A stretch of 64,000 nt of DNA from Mobula hypostoma (Eukaryota), in NCBI RefSeq assembly GCF_963921235.1, contig NC_086097.1, positions 157,668,001 through 157,732,000 on the forward strand, written 5' to 3'. This document shows positions 1 through 13,322 of this stretch, in pieces (within the stretch, counting starts at the first letter, position 1; every line of letters starts with the position of its first letter). The notes under the pieces were generated by a model. It saw nothing but the letters and a program-made list of their open reading frames with translations, was not told where the DNA came from and made no database searches. The translations under genes and the position numbers were made by a program.

Positions 1-100
1 ACAGAGCTGGATTCAGTATTAGATTGCATAGAAATCAGAGCAAGTGAAAGAACTTTTATTTCATATCTTTTCAATCAATAATTTGTCACATTTTACCAAC

Positions 101-295
101 CTGGATATCTCCAGAGACAGGAGTGTAATAAGCCCTACGGAAGATTTCTGTCACGTTCTTCAAAATGTCAAGTAAGGCTAGGATGTCTCCACTGTAGCTT
201 GTTCCTCCCTCTGAAGTGTCTGCCAGCTTTCTTATAATTGCTGATACCCCATCACCGATTAGCCCTCGCTGGGCCTTAGTTAGGTGTTCTCTTGT
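101..295 (-). CDS. ADGRB1: ADGRB1/BAI1 exon, start of GAIN domain (subdomain A)
   Basis: atctgcag|ACA AGA GAA ... ATC CAG|gttggt; 195 nt, phase 0-0; [76 protein letters not shown] and EIFRRAYY favour BAI1 over BAI2/BAI3. Confidence 0.96.
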
Positions 296-3200
296 CTGCA
301 GATTAAACAAACATGTTGTATAATGCACAAGACTGTGAAAATATGAGCAGATTCTGTGACATATAAACTGTTTTTATGCCTAACACCAATTTTTTTGTGC
401 TAAATTCATTCATAAACTATGCTGGTAATATCCATGATAATATCAAGAAGGATTATTGAGCAATCTAATCACAAGAACAAAAAATACTTAAGTTGTACTT
501 CAATGATATGGATATTTTTCATATTTGGATTTCTATTTTAAATTACTTAAATGGGCCAGTCGCTCACCAAATAACCCTTTTCAATTCTTTCAATTGCAAA
601 CATTTTTTCCTGTGTTATAAAAATAGAATATCAGTGGGCTGTGTATGAAATTAATTAATGACTTTGTGGACCGCCCTTGCTTAAGAAGCATTTATTAAAC
701 AAACATCTCACACTATCCAAATTGTCTCACAACAAGGCTCCAAGTCTCACTCTGTTTATTAGCAACAATACCCTTTATCAGCCATTTTATTTTTAAAGAA
801 AATATTTATATAGAAAAATAGAATGTATATTTTAATTTAATTGTCACCAACTCCACTGCATAAGAAAGTGTTCCTCATTATTTTCCTACTGTCTGGAATT
901 CTTGTGTAGAACCTTTTAGCTTGCTCCCTTTCCCCATTTTCTTCCCTTCCACTTTCACTGTGTGTTTAGTAAAATCTTCCCAAGACATCTTAGCATTCTA
1001 CTGGATAACTGCCTCTTCTTTTGGAAGATGTGCTGTGAAGATTCCTTGCATAAGTGAACTATTTAACTGCAAGTTACTGTGATTTGTTGGGGTCAGGTTT
1101 GGAGAGGAACCTCATGAAAGTAACTCTACAAAAGTTGTGTGCAGCAAGAAGGTTCTTTGGCCAAGGTTGATTTCTGAGGCAATTTGTTTCAGATATTCAA
1201 ACAGGCAGAAGTGTCTAGAGCATATTCTGGCTCTATTTCTGAACAGTGTCTTTGTTTTTTTTTAATAATTCACCTTCATCATCTTGGTAACCTTGACAGC
1301 AAATTGCTTTGCTTACAGTGCAAATTCTTTGCTTCACATATCAACTATGGTAATTCACCACACCAAATACATTTGTGTAGATCCTTACACTAGACCATCA
1401 ATGTGCCAAATCCATACTGATGGAGCAACCCTCTTATAGTTTACAATCATATCCGTCCTTCCTGCAAAGTTGTGGTTGCAGGAATAAGTTGAATTACTGT
1501 GCTGCACTTCTATCAGGACTGGGAAAATCTGTGATCATGCCTCAGATCTTGAACAGAATGCATCAGGGAACAACTAAAAACACCATTTTCTTATTATTTT
1601 TGGTGCATCTGGCTGTAATTGATAAGGCATGCGTTACTGCCCATCCCTAATTTCACTTGAGAAGATGGCAGTGGCTGACGGAGGAGGGCCATCTTCTTAA
1701 ACAGCTCCAAATTTCTAGAGGAATATCCACGTGATGGTGTTTGCTAGAGAGCTCCAGGATTTATGTACAGCAACAATAAAGAAACATTGTTATTGTTCCA
1801 TGTTGGAATGGTGTACGACCTGAAGGGAAGACTGAGATAGTGATGTCTGATGCACATGTATTTTATGACAGTAAATAACTGCAGTACATTTGTTACTGGC
1901 TCTGATAGTTTCCATTTTGTACCAGCGGTGGACAAAATTAATGTTAAAGGGAGTTGATGGGTTACCAAAGCAAGTAGACTGCTCAATCCTAAGTGTTGTT
2001 AAGCTATTCGAGTGATGTTGGAGCTGTACATTTTCAGTCACGTGGAGTGTGTTCCACACATTCCTGGTTCATAGCTTGAAGAAGCTAGAAAGAATCTGAG
2101 ATGTGATAAAGTGCACCAATCTCACAGAATACCCAGCTTCTGAGCAGTTGTTATAGTTATATATTTATGTGACTGGGCTTAGTTGCATTTCTGGTCAACA
2201 GGATGCTGATGGTGATTGATTCAGAAATGACAGAGACAACAGATGCCAACAGGAATTGGCTCAACTCTTTCTCATTTGAGCTGATAGTTTTGTGGCACAG
2301 ATGTTGTCACTTATCAGCCTGTGCCTGAACACTGTCTGGGTCTTGTAGCATTCGGGGATGGGCTGCTGCATTTGCTGAGGATTTGTGAATTGAAGTGATC
2401 ATTATCCAATCGTGAGTAAACATTCCCGCTTCTGACCTTATTATGCAAGGAAGGTCATTAATGAAGTAGTTGAAGCAGCTTGGACTTTGGACTCTGCCCT
2501 GAGGAACTCCTGGGGCTGGGATGATCAGCTTTTAACAACCATTTTCAACACTGTGCTCATCAGAATTCACACGCCCTGGAGTGGAACATGATTACTCTGA
2601 AGCTTGCATGTATATTTTCATTTTTCAGTCTTTTATAGTGTTGGCCATGCTTATTCCCAGATTACCTTTTGTTTTGGTCAATACTTATGGGAATTGTGCG
2701 GCAGCAACCAATAAGATTTCCATAGCACTTCACTTCACACAGGTGCTCATGGTTATCTGGAATGAGCTGCCAGACCAGGAGGCAAGAGACAGATATAATT
2801 ACAACATTGAAAAGGCATTTGAACAGCTATTTAAATGGGAAAAGTAATACAGAGAATATTGTGGATGATTTAGTGTGTGTTGTTTTAGATAGGAGCTATA
2901 AGGTGTACATGTAAAACAAGCCACATTGAATCATCCACAGTATTCTCTGCATTACTTTCTGGTTCTTCATTGGTTGCTTTCCTCCCTTGCTAATGCCTGT
3001 TATTTCCAGCTCCGTTATCCTCACTCTGTCCTATTCCTTAGCACATGGTCAAACACAAGATTTGAAACATTCACTAAATCCCCTCAATGCTGCTTCACAG
3101 CACATTCATCTATTGTTTGGCCTACTGATGCTTCTCCCACCCTGACCTGGCTCCTGACCTGGCTCCTGACCTTCCTTTTTCTTCAGTACCACAGAACTAT

Positions 3201-5069
3201 TAATTGTCGTTTCTAGCAGCCGGATCTCTATCTGGAAACATCATAGCTTGGGATGGCAACTGATCATCTCCAAGACAATGAAAAATTGAAGAGTTGTGAA
3301 AACAGCCCCATCTCCCCACCATTGATTCTATTTATACCTCCTACTGCTTCGGGGACTCGGCAAAAATAATCAAGGACCCTTCCCAGCCGAGTCATTCTCT
3401 CTTCTCCCTCTTTCATCGAGCAGAAGATACAATAGCTTGAGAATAGTATCACCAGACTCAAGAATTACCTCTTTCTTGGTATTCTGAGACTATTGAACAA
3501 ACCTGGTTTATGATGAGGATGAAATCTTGATTTCTCAGTCTACCTTGTCAAACCTTGCACCTTATTTGTCTGCCTGCGCTGCACTGGAACACTATAATCT
3601 GCATTCTATTATTTAGTTTTTTTTGTCTTTTGTACTGTCTCGATGCACTTATGTATGTAATGGATGGCATACAAAGAGAAACTTTCAACTGTGTCTCAGT
3701 ACAATAATATAGTGATTGCCAATCACCTGCTGTCCAAGCATTAAGTGAGATGTTACTGAATTTTCAGATGATCTGACACTGCCGTCTTAGGGTAACAAAA
3801 CAGTTCAAGGGTATTAAAGGTGGGATGTGAAAAAGGGAACGAGATGAAAGAAAGGTAAAGGAGCAGATAGAGAGGCTGAGGGAACCAGGGCAGAAATAAC
3901 ATGTAGTTAGGAAAACAGGGGAAACTTAGGGGACAGGGGTCAAGTGAGAGCAATAAGAGAAATTGAAGAAAAAGTGGGAAAGGATGGAGGAATTACATAA
4001 AAAGTAGTGATATTAACCCCAGAATTAAGTGAAAGATGGGAATTACAGATGAGGGCAAAGATGGTCAAAAAGTAACGGTCGTGACATAAAAGGAAAAACA
4101 ACAAGAAAGAAAGAGATGGGAACCATAGGCAGTGAAGGACCAGTAAAAATCAAGGGGAGAAAAGAAAACTTAGACAGAGACTTGTTAAGGCCAGCAGCTC
4201 TCACATCACAGGCATCCTGTGGCTTTTCTCCCACATAACACAAAATTAAATTAAGGTCGGTAATGTTGGCAGCATGAGCTTTTGTAAAAGATACAGATTA
4301 CTTACTAAAGTTATACCCTGGACAACAGCACTTATTTATGTGAGTGTTTAGGTAATATTTTAATCTCTCTCTGGCTGCAGTCTAGCAACTGAAATTAAAA
4401 CATGATTTTTCAAAAGAATGAATGCAAAGCAAAATTAAGTTCTGAAATAAATTTTAAGGTTTGCAATTAAATTAGTTAGCCACTTATTTACTGTATAAAA
4501 GCATTTAACGTCTGATTTTAGTATTATGTTACTTTCTTCAAAGAAACCCCTTAAGGCATTACAAATTGTGTTAATGCCTTAGGCATTTTAACGACACTAT
4601 GTTTAATTTAAATCAAAATATAAGCATATTAAAAATACGAGTTATTCAAAGAGCTATGACAATAATTGATTAATTGATATACAGAAATTAACAAGAAATA
4701 TAAGGTCATAATGAACTCAGGAAGATTACAATTTCATAAAGTATTTCCAAATGGATGAATCTTAACTGACGTATTTTGGGCTCCCAGGAAATAATTTATG
4801 AATTCTACCACAGGCAGAAGCCAGAAAGATTTTCTTTGCTTTATTTCAATTAAATGAACACCATGATCCATTTCTGGGACGATAAGTATGGAAGGCAATA
4901 TAAGCAATTTTCTATTTGCTACTTCAACCAATAAATTACAGCAATATTATCTAATTTCTTTCAAGCTTTTGACCTGATTTAACAAATGCATCAGTTACAA
5001 CTGTATCTTCACACTACCTAGTTTAGAAAATTAGTCAAATAGGTTGTGAATGAATATATTACTGTACAA

Positions 5070-5199
5070 GAGAATCACAGAAAGGTAGCAGCAGAGGAGA
5101 GTGCACTTGGCCCATCGTTCATGCTGATTCTATTCAAAAGCAACTTATCTTACCCCACTCCTCCGCCTTCTCCCCATGGCTTTAGAAACTGACATGTAC

Positions 5200-5250
<51 letters not shown>

Positions 5251-5255
5251 CACAC

Positions 5256-5305
<50 letters not shown>

Positions 5306-5710
5306 CTCTGTCTCTCATTTTTTGCATGCAAGGCATGGTCGGCCCAAACCAACCCCAAATGAATGGTTCAGGAACATGTATACCCAACCTGACACACATG
5401 GTCTGGTCTGGTCTGATCTGATCAGCCTTGCTCGAGTGATTGATTTTAATCACTATCTGCTCTGTATCGGTTCTTCATGATTTTAAATAACTTGATCAGA
5501 TTTCCTTAGAATCTCCCCTATTCCAAGAACACCATCAGCTTCTCCAGTCTATCAGAGTAACTAGTCTAGTTTCCCTGGAGTTATTTTTGCAAACCCTTCT
5601 TCACCCTCACTCATACCCTTACATCTTTCAAAAGCATTAACACCCTGAACTGGACATAAATTTCATTTGTGACCAAACAGGTTCATCATGATTACCTTGC
5701 TCTTGTACTT
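5070..5710 (-). mobile_element. Degraded CR1 LINE 3' fragment (contains the microsatellite)
   Basis: agaatcacagaaagg...cacttggcccatcg tail and ccctgaactggacat-like CR1 RT-end residues; boundaries approximate. Confidence 0.45.
5192..5305. repeat. (CG)n(CA)n microsatellite, continuous alternating purine-pyrimidine tract
   Basis: acatgtacgcgtgcgcgcgcgcacacac...cacgc, read directly; the source of the HTHT/VCVC ORFs. Confidence 0.97.
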
Positions 5711-5711
5711 T

Positions 5712-6270
5712 AAGATAAGATAAAACTTTATTTATACCAAAGGAAATTATTGTTGCAAAGTTGCTCAGTCGGAAATATATACTTTAAAATACAAAATGTA
5801 AGCGTTGAGGGATGAAAGAGAATATAATATGTGCACTGAAAAGTAATAGTTCAAAATACAGCTGTGCAATGAAACCATATATTTATATACTTAAAGAGGA
5901 GGAGTTGTAGAGTCTTTTAGCCACAGGGCAGAAGGATCTCATGTGGTGTTCTGTGTTGCACCTCGGTGGAATCAGCCTGTTACTGAAGGTGCTCCTCTGT
6001 TTGTCCTGTGCGTCATGGAGGGTGTGAGAGGGATTGTCCGTAATGCTCCATAGCTTCTGCAGCATTCTCCTCTCAGACACAAGCACCAGGGAATCCAGTT
6101 CCACCCCACAGAACAGAACCAGCCTTCCTGACGAGATTATCCATCTTCTTGGTGTCAGCTGCTCTCACCCTCCAGCCCCAGCAGACTACAGTGTAGAATA
6201 GAATGCTGGCCACCACTGAGTCATAGAACATCTGCAGCATAGCACTGCAGACACTGAATGACTTCTTTAT
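5712..6270 (-). mobile_element. Rex1/Babar LINE 3' fragment
   Basis: ORFs 6073..6333 and 5883..6104 (MLQMFYDSVVASILFYTVVCWG...LVRKAGSVL; RSFCPVAKRLYN) are typical Rex1 C-terminal residues; aagataagataa tail. Confidence 0.75.
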
Positions 6271-8815
6271 GCCTCTGTTTATAAGAACATCATAAACTCC
6301 TCTGCAGTACAATAAACAATGGTTCATAACCATACAGCTCTGTCACATTTATTTTTTTGGCAATTCTTCTACTGCACTTTTACTTCAAGGACTCTGAAAT
6401 TATAGACAACCCTATTTTTAGTGTGATATGTAACATTCTTGGGCATCAACATACACCCATAAGTCATCAAAAATTTCCATCAAATTTTCATTAAGATTAT
6501 TTTGTATTTAAGATATTCATACTGACTTTCAAACTGTTTTCTTTTGTTCCCGCTTCTAAAAGATTCTCCACTATCGTAAACTATTTGGCCTGTTGTGTCA
6601 AGTTTATTCACTGAACAGCAGTGTAGCATCTACAGTATCTGCATTTCTCCAGTCCTCGGCCTTCCGCTGTGTGCAAGATTATAGCTAACACCACCACTTA
6701 GCAACTTCATATCCATTCGTGTAATTAATTCTGCTGAATGCTGTGTCATATTTCTAATCTCATCCCTGATGTCCAAATATGAAACTATAACTTTCAACAT
6801 GAAATCAGAAAATACACCTCTACTCATGAGTTTTCTTCAATTACTCAGAACGTTGTGGAACTTATTGAGGATATTAAACTCTTCAGGTCTGTGTTACTTA
6901 ATGCCAAAGTTGTCCAATTAGTCCCATTTCTCTTTCCTCACCACTTAGCCCTGAAATTTTCTCATTACTAGTACTGACCAGACTTTAAGCAAGATGCTCC
7001 AGATCAGCTTAAATTGCTATTGAACTTAAATGTGCACCTCCAATAAATTACCTTTCACTGCTGTAAAGAGATTATATTTTCTTAATTGAAATCTTCCATG
7101 TTTTCCAGCATGTCTGTCAAATCTCCTTTTCTCTTTTACACAAAGGAAAACAGCTTTAATTTCACTTGTCTTTTGGTGGAGCTGGAGTCCTCTATCCCTA
7201 GTATCCTTTCAGAACATCCTTCTGCACACTCGCCAAAGCTTTGACATCCTTTCTACAGTGTGAATCCCAGAAGTGCCACAGACTCCTCTGGAATCTAATC
7301 TGTATTTTATAAAGAATGCTTCTACACATCATCCCTAAATTTATAAAAGCAAGGATATCTTTAAAAATAACACTCTGCCATTTTTAAAGGGTCTTTGCTC
7401 TTTGATTTTGTGCCATTCAATTGACACTGCTTTCCTATATTCTTGTTATCCAATGAATCATCACACTGCAGATTTCATTAACATGAGTCTATTCCTCTGG
7501 CTAACACATCACCACCCTCTTCAAAGTTTATTGCATTTTATGTCATTTCTACGTCATCTACAAACTTCGAAATTATGCCTTCCATACTCATCTAAGTCAT
7601 AAATAGTTAATCAAGAAAGTACATTTAGTTGACATTACATTTTTGTCCACTCTGATAAATTGTTCTTCTACACTATTTTCTGCTATTTAATCAATAATGT
7701 ATCAGTTTTCTCATCCCATCCAATTATTTTTGTGCACAGCTTTATCAAAAACCCTTTCATAGTCTAGATACACATCCTCCTTCCAATATTCTCATTTACC
7801 TGCAACTTCACTCATCAAGCAAACTAATCACATAAGATTAACATAAGGTAAAAGCAAAGTACTGCAGACACTCTAAATCAACAATAAAAGCAGAGAATGA
7901 TGGAAATGTTCAATACGTCAGTCAGGAAAGGCGAAGATAGAAATTCAAATCTAACACCTCAGTTCATTGACAGGATTTAATAATAGGTTCAAAATAATGA
8001 CAGGGCAAGGGAAAGCAGCTAAGGCAAGCAAAGAATAAAGTGAAATCTCTCAGTTAGATTTGGTATTTTAAGTCACTAAATGACAAGCATTAATAAACAA
8101 GACAAAAGCACAATTGTCAAAAACAACCAACATTTTTGATGACAGCAGCACCAGAACCAGCAGATGTTGTGCAAAAAAAGGTTATGATCCGAAATGGTTA
8201 AACACACTTAATGATTAAACAAAATTGAGGCCACCAGGTGTTAAGAGTCAAACTGAGACAGCAATAAAATAAATTTGAGTGCTTATCCTTCAGGTTTATT
8301 AATATTCTCTGATTAAAATTACCCATTTAAAAATTGGCATTTTGTTAATATAAGAAGTTTTAATTTGATAATACATTAGTACATGATCTTCTTTTTAAAT
8401 TCTAGCACACTGTGAAATAAATTCTTCATGGCTTCACAGTTTTTCTTTATTCTTCATTGTCAGTTGTGATTGATGTTGACTTTCTTGGCATTGATTGCCC
8501 GTCCTTAGTTGCCTTGGTGATAGGCCTTTCTCTGGCCTAGTTTAAAGTCAGTGCTGTTTACCTAGCATTGCAAAATCTCAAACTCTGAGCTACCTTGACT
8601 CTATTATTTTATTGAAGCTCTTATGAATGAGGATATTTAGTAAAACAACATGACAGAAAGAAAAATGGGAAAATAAAAATCTCATTTAAACACAGGGCTT
8701 CAGAGCAGGTAGAAAAGAAGAAACCTGCCACAGAGATATAGAAAAGAAATTCCTTTACCGGTTAGACAATAGATTAAAATATACCTCACCTCAGAGTATA
8801 AGACAATACACATAC

Positions 8816-8922
8816 CTCAGTTTGCAACATCTGGTAGTCATTAGATACACATTTGGTAAAGCTTGGAGGTTCCCAAAAGGCGATTCCCTCATCATCTAGG
8901 AGACAATTTCTCAGGATTATTC
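8816..8922 (-). CDS. ADGRB1: ADGRB1/BAI1 exon, HormR domain, second half
   Basis: gttctcag|GA ATA ATC ... ACT GAG|gtatgt; 107 nt, phase 1-0; (G)[35 protein letters not shown], matching BAI1 [20 protein letters not shown]. Confidence 0.93.
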
Positions 8923-9784
8923 CTGAGAACATCAAAATATTTAGTTGTGGTAATTTTCAATAACAGCATTTGGAAAAAAATACGAGTAGCATTGATAATG
9001 AACAATTCTATTAACAAATATTTAAAGTCCTTCCTATTTACATGCAAGATTTAGTCCATTCATTAATAGGCTGATCCAGCCGAGAAGAAGATGAAACTTG
9101 GCAAGAATGTGTCAAAGGTCTGTACAATACACTCCAGGTTGTTAATTTAATCCTACATTGTCAAAGTAATAGACTCTTAATTACTAATCTGAGATCCATT
9201 CTTTCTCCTAAGTAATGATTCAAGGGAAATTCAGCTCATTAATTTGAAGTGAATAGCAGGTTTCTTCAGCTGGGAAACAACATAAGCAACTAGGAAAAAA
9301 TCATGATATAGCTTAGTCCTTGCATTGAGATCTAAAGATTCACGGGTTTATACATTATGGTCTTCTTTTCCTTTCCATTTTGTACTCAAAACTAAATGAC
9401 CTTGATCTTTATGTTGCCCTTTGCTCCAATGTTTCTAAACAATCTTTTTCTGAATAAATTATTTTGTGCCCTTTTGATTTACACGTGATTCGGATGGGAT
9501 AATTTTGATTGTCTCATGATATATTTAGTAAATGGCATTCTGTTTTATTACACTGTCAAATTTATGAAAAGGCTACAGATTTTTGACCTGAAATGTCAAT
9601 AATTCTCTCCAACAATTTTAAATCCTTTCTCATTTCCAGATGCAACACACCCATGAGATACGTCACCACTGGTGGATCTCTATGAGGGTGATTAACATTT
9701 TAATCCCCTCTTAATGTGCAAGCACATCAAACATATTGAAATTTAGCATTGATATGTGGTATTCAAAAACACAGATGTTTATTA

Positions 9785-9910
9785 AACAGAAGAAAATCTG
9801 CAGATGCTGGAAGTCTAAGCAACACAAAATGCTGGAGGAACTCAGCAGGCCAGACAACATCTATGGAAAAGATACAGTCGACATTTCGGGCCGCGACCCT
9901 TTAGCAGGAT
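9785..9910 (-). mobile_element. Penelope-type terminal fragment with degenerate minimal hammerhead
   Basis: aaaatctgcagatgctgg...aaaatgctggaggaactcagcaggcc...cagtcgacatttcgggccgcgaccctttagcagg; the reverse complement gives CUGCUAA-AGGGUC..GGCCC-GAAAU-GUC-GACUG. Confidence 0.7.
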
Positions 9911-10164
9911 TGATTAATAAACTGACTGATAAGTATATAAAGGCCAAGCATTCAGAGGACACACCACAATTAATAGTACACTGATAATGTCTCCTAGTAT
10001 AGTGATGAAATGTTTGCAAGAAAATTCCCAAGACTGGAGAACACCTCAGCCCAACCATCGACCACCTGAGCTACACATTTTCTGAATTATTTGAAACATA
10101 CTTTTAATGTTCAGTAGGAGGTTAAATCTCTCAATTGCCATTAGGAGGGAATGAAGCTCAGAGG

Positions 10165-11173
10165 TGAGTGCTTAGCCCCCTGCTCTACTTGCTTTACACT
10201 TATGACTACGTGACTAAGTACAGCTCCAACACCATATACAAGTTTACTGATGACACTACTGTTGTGGGCAGTATCAAAGGTGGTGATGAGTCAACATACA
10301 GGAGGGAGATTGAAAACTCGGCTGAGTGGTGTTATAACAATAACTTATCACTCAATGTCAACAAGACCAAGAAACTGATTGTAGACTTCAGGAGAGGGAA
10401 ACCAGAGGTCCATGAGCCAATACTCATTGGAAGATCAGAGGTGGAGAGGGTCAGTAACTTTACATTCCTTCCTGGATGTCACCATCTCAGAGGACAGGTC
10501 CTGGACCCATCAACATTGCAAAGAAAGCACACCAGTGCCTCCACTTTCTCAGGAGTCTACGGAGATTCGGTATGTCATCAAAAAACCTTAACAAACTTTT
10601 ATAGATGTATGATGGAAAGTGTACTGACTGGCTGCACTATGGCCTGGTATGGGAACACCAATGCCTTTGAGCAAAGTATCCTATAAAAGACAGTGGATTT
10701 GGCCCAGTACATCACGGGTAAAGCCCCCCAAGCATTGTTTACATCAACATGAAACATTGCCATAGAAAAGCAGCATCCACCGTCAAAGATCCTCACCACC
10801 CAGGCCTTGCTCTTTTCTTGCTGCTGCCATTAGGTAGATGGTACAAGAGCCTCAGGATTCACACCACCAGGTTCAAGAACAGTTACTACCCCTCAATCAT
10901 CAGGATCTTTAACAAAAAGGAATAACCATTGTATTTCTGATGTTCCCACAACCAATGGTCTCACTTTAAGGACTCTTTATCTTGTTATTTCATGCTCTCA
11001 TTATTTATTGCTATTTATTTGTATTTGCATTTTTACAGTTTGTTGTTCATTGATCCTGTTTACAGTTACTGTCCTATAATTTGCTAAGTATCCCCACACG
11101 GGAAAAAGAATCTCAGAATTGTATGTGGTGACATGTATGTACTCTGATAATAAACTTTACTTTGAACTTTGAA
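10165..11173 (+). mobile_element. Rex1/Babar LINE, 5'-truncated (RT C-terminus and 3' UTR)
   Basis: ORF 10168..10686 VLSPLLYLLYTYDYV...KFTDDTTVVG...LNVNKTKKLIVDFRR; ends aataaactttactttgaactttgaa. Confidence 0.88.
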
Positions 11174-11209
11174 GTTTCTTCCCGGCTAACTCCTGCCGGC
11201 AGTAATTAC

Positions 11210-11311
11210 CTGCAGCACTTGGAGGGCAGTTAACCACTGCAGATTCGCCTGCTGCTGTCTTTGTCCACACCATTGAGTTGTAATTTTCTTCCTGACAGTA
11301 TTCATGAGGTT
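11210..11311 (-). CDS. ADGRB1: ADGRB1/BAI1 exon, hormone-receptor (HormR) domain, first half
   Basis: ttgcttcag|AA CCT CAT ... GCT GCA G|gtaatt; 102 nt, phase 1-1; (E)PHEYCQEENYNSMVWTKTAAGESAVVNCPPSAA(G), homologous to BAI EPHEIC...WKETPAG....CP.NATG. Confidence 0.93.
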
Positions 11312-11809
11312 CTGAAGCAAAATGATTATGTCATGGTTAATGTGAATTCATTTTGATAAGCTCCAATATTAATATGTACCATACAGCAAAAGGAAAACAG
11401 AAAGATTCGATTGTTATTTAAGAAGAATCTTTCGATCTCAAAACCTAATGAATCAGAATATTGTTGAATATCATATCAACTGAATGTTCTAGATACTGTA
11501 AATCTGAAATAAAAAGAGAAAATGCTGAAAATACTCCATAGGTCAGGTGACAAAGAAGAAGCGGTAATCAGTTAATACTTGGAAATGTTAGAAATGAGCT
11601 AGCTGTGAGATGCAGAGCAAGGGGGAAAGGGGAGGATAAACAAAAAGTACAATGTGATTGCAGGAAAATGAATAATGAAATATGGTCTTGGCAAATTTCA
11701 TGGAGAATAGACCAACAATAGTAAGGTGGAACATACATAAGAACAATAGGATCATCGTATAAAATAGCAAAGCTATATTTCATAATGAGTTTTCATTAGA
11801 ACCCTTCAA

Positions 11810-12152
11810 AAGGTGATGCTTCAAAAAGGCGGCATCCATCATTAAAGGCCTCCATCACCCACAACATGCCCTCTTCTCATTGCTACCATCAGGGAGGAAG
11901 TACAGGAGCCTGAAGACCACATTTAATATTTCATGAACAGCTTCTTCCCTTCCACCATCAAACCTCTGAACGGACAATGAACCCATGAACACTATCTCCA
12001 TATTTTCCCTCTCTTTTTGCAGTACTTATTTAATTTTCTTTTTTACATGCACTTCTTATTGTAATTTATGTTTTTTATTATGTATTACAATGTACTGCTG
12101 CACCAAACAACAAATTTCACAACATATGCCAGTGATGCTAAACCTGATTCTG
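11810..12152 (+). mobile_element. Rex1-related 3' end fragment
   Basis: aaggcggcatccatcattaaaggcctccatcacccac...ttcttccc...aacaaatttcacaacatatgccagtgatgctaaacctgattctga; same tail as 25690-26148 and 58015-58460. Confidence 0.7.
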
Positions 12153-13322
12153 AGAATGTTGAGTCTATAAGGCTGTAATATACATACATATGATAAGGTG
12201 TTATTCCTCACAATCTGGTGGGATAGGTTTGCAAGTGAGATATAGAATGATCCAAGCAAGATTAAATGAAACAGCATGATCGTGGAAACTTGAGGCCATT
12301 TCTGTGCAATAATATTCCACAAAGTGATAGCTAAATCTGCTTTTCGTCTCCCTGACGTGCATTTTTCAGTGAAATGTTCATTGTGGGTGTGGTCACAAGA
12401 CTGTGTCATGTGACCAGCTATCCCAGAGTATTTTACTGTATCATGTTTGCAGGATCAGGTGACAGTGAATAACAATATTAACCCAGAAAGTGAAATTTAT
12501 AGAATCAGAGGTCGTTTATGAAAAACTACCTGTCCTGTTTAGAACCATACCTAAGAAAATAGCTTGAATTTAATTTGAGACTATGACAGATAGGCTCTTA
12601 TTTGTACTCATTAAGACCTTTGGGATTAACACAACACAATTGAAGAACAGCAAACAATCACGCCAGTCAACCTTTGTGCCTTGTTGAACTTCCCAGCAGA
12701 ATGTCAGTACCAAAGAAGTCATCAGGAACTTCTGTAACACATTGGCTTGGAAAAGTAGATGTCAACACATCAAAATTCACAGCAAATACAGGTTGGCAAT
12801 AGAACAACAAATTTTAGAAATGACTTTGAGTAAGAATAATGCATGTGCAGATTATCTGCATGCTAATTCTGCAACATGATCAGTATGTTAATTTAGGACA
12901 GAAACTCTTCTCAGATCTGTATTCACAAGAGAATGTATCAGAATATTGAATATTCTCTGGGTATTGAGGAATGAAAGGAGATGTAGACATGGCAGTCATG
13001 GTGTTTACAAAAAACATGGTCCTTGATCGTCTGACCTTAATGCAATCAAAAATATTGCACCCAACACTGCCCATTTTGCTTTAGTGAAGCTGAGCGTGCA
13101 TTTCTGTGCAACCTAATGTCAGCCAGAATATTTCCCTCGAACTGGTGCAGGCAACCCCAGTGCAATAAGATCAATACCAGAAGAGATCACTGCACAAGGG
13201 TAAAGTATGTTTTAAGATGAGAGTGAGAAACCCTTTAGAGCAAACATTATAAGGAAAACAACACTTAACCCTCTGCCCAGCACACTGTAGCAGTAAATAA
13301 TTAAAATTACTCTGTACAGAAT

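Noticed and set aside
1590..2540. Possible old LINE-derived repeat
   Set aside because: It looks like a decayed interspersed repeat, but I could not read diagnostic motifs or ends well enough to classify it.
5145..5480. His/Thr- and Cys/Val-rich ORFs
   Set aside because: Translations of the (CA)n microsatellite.
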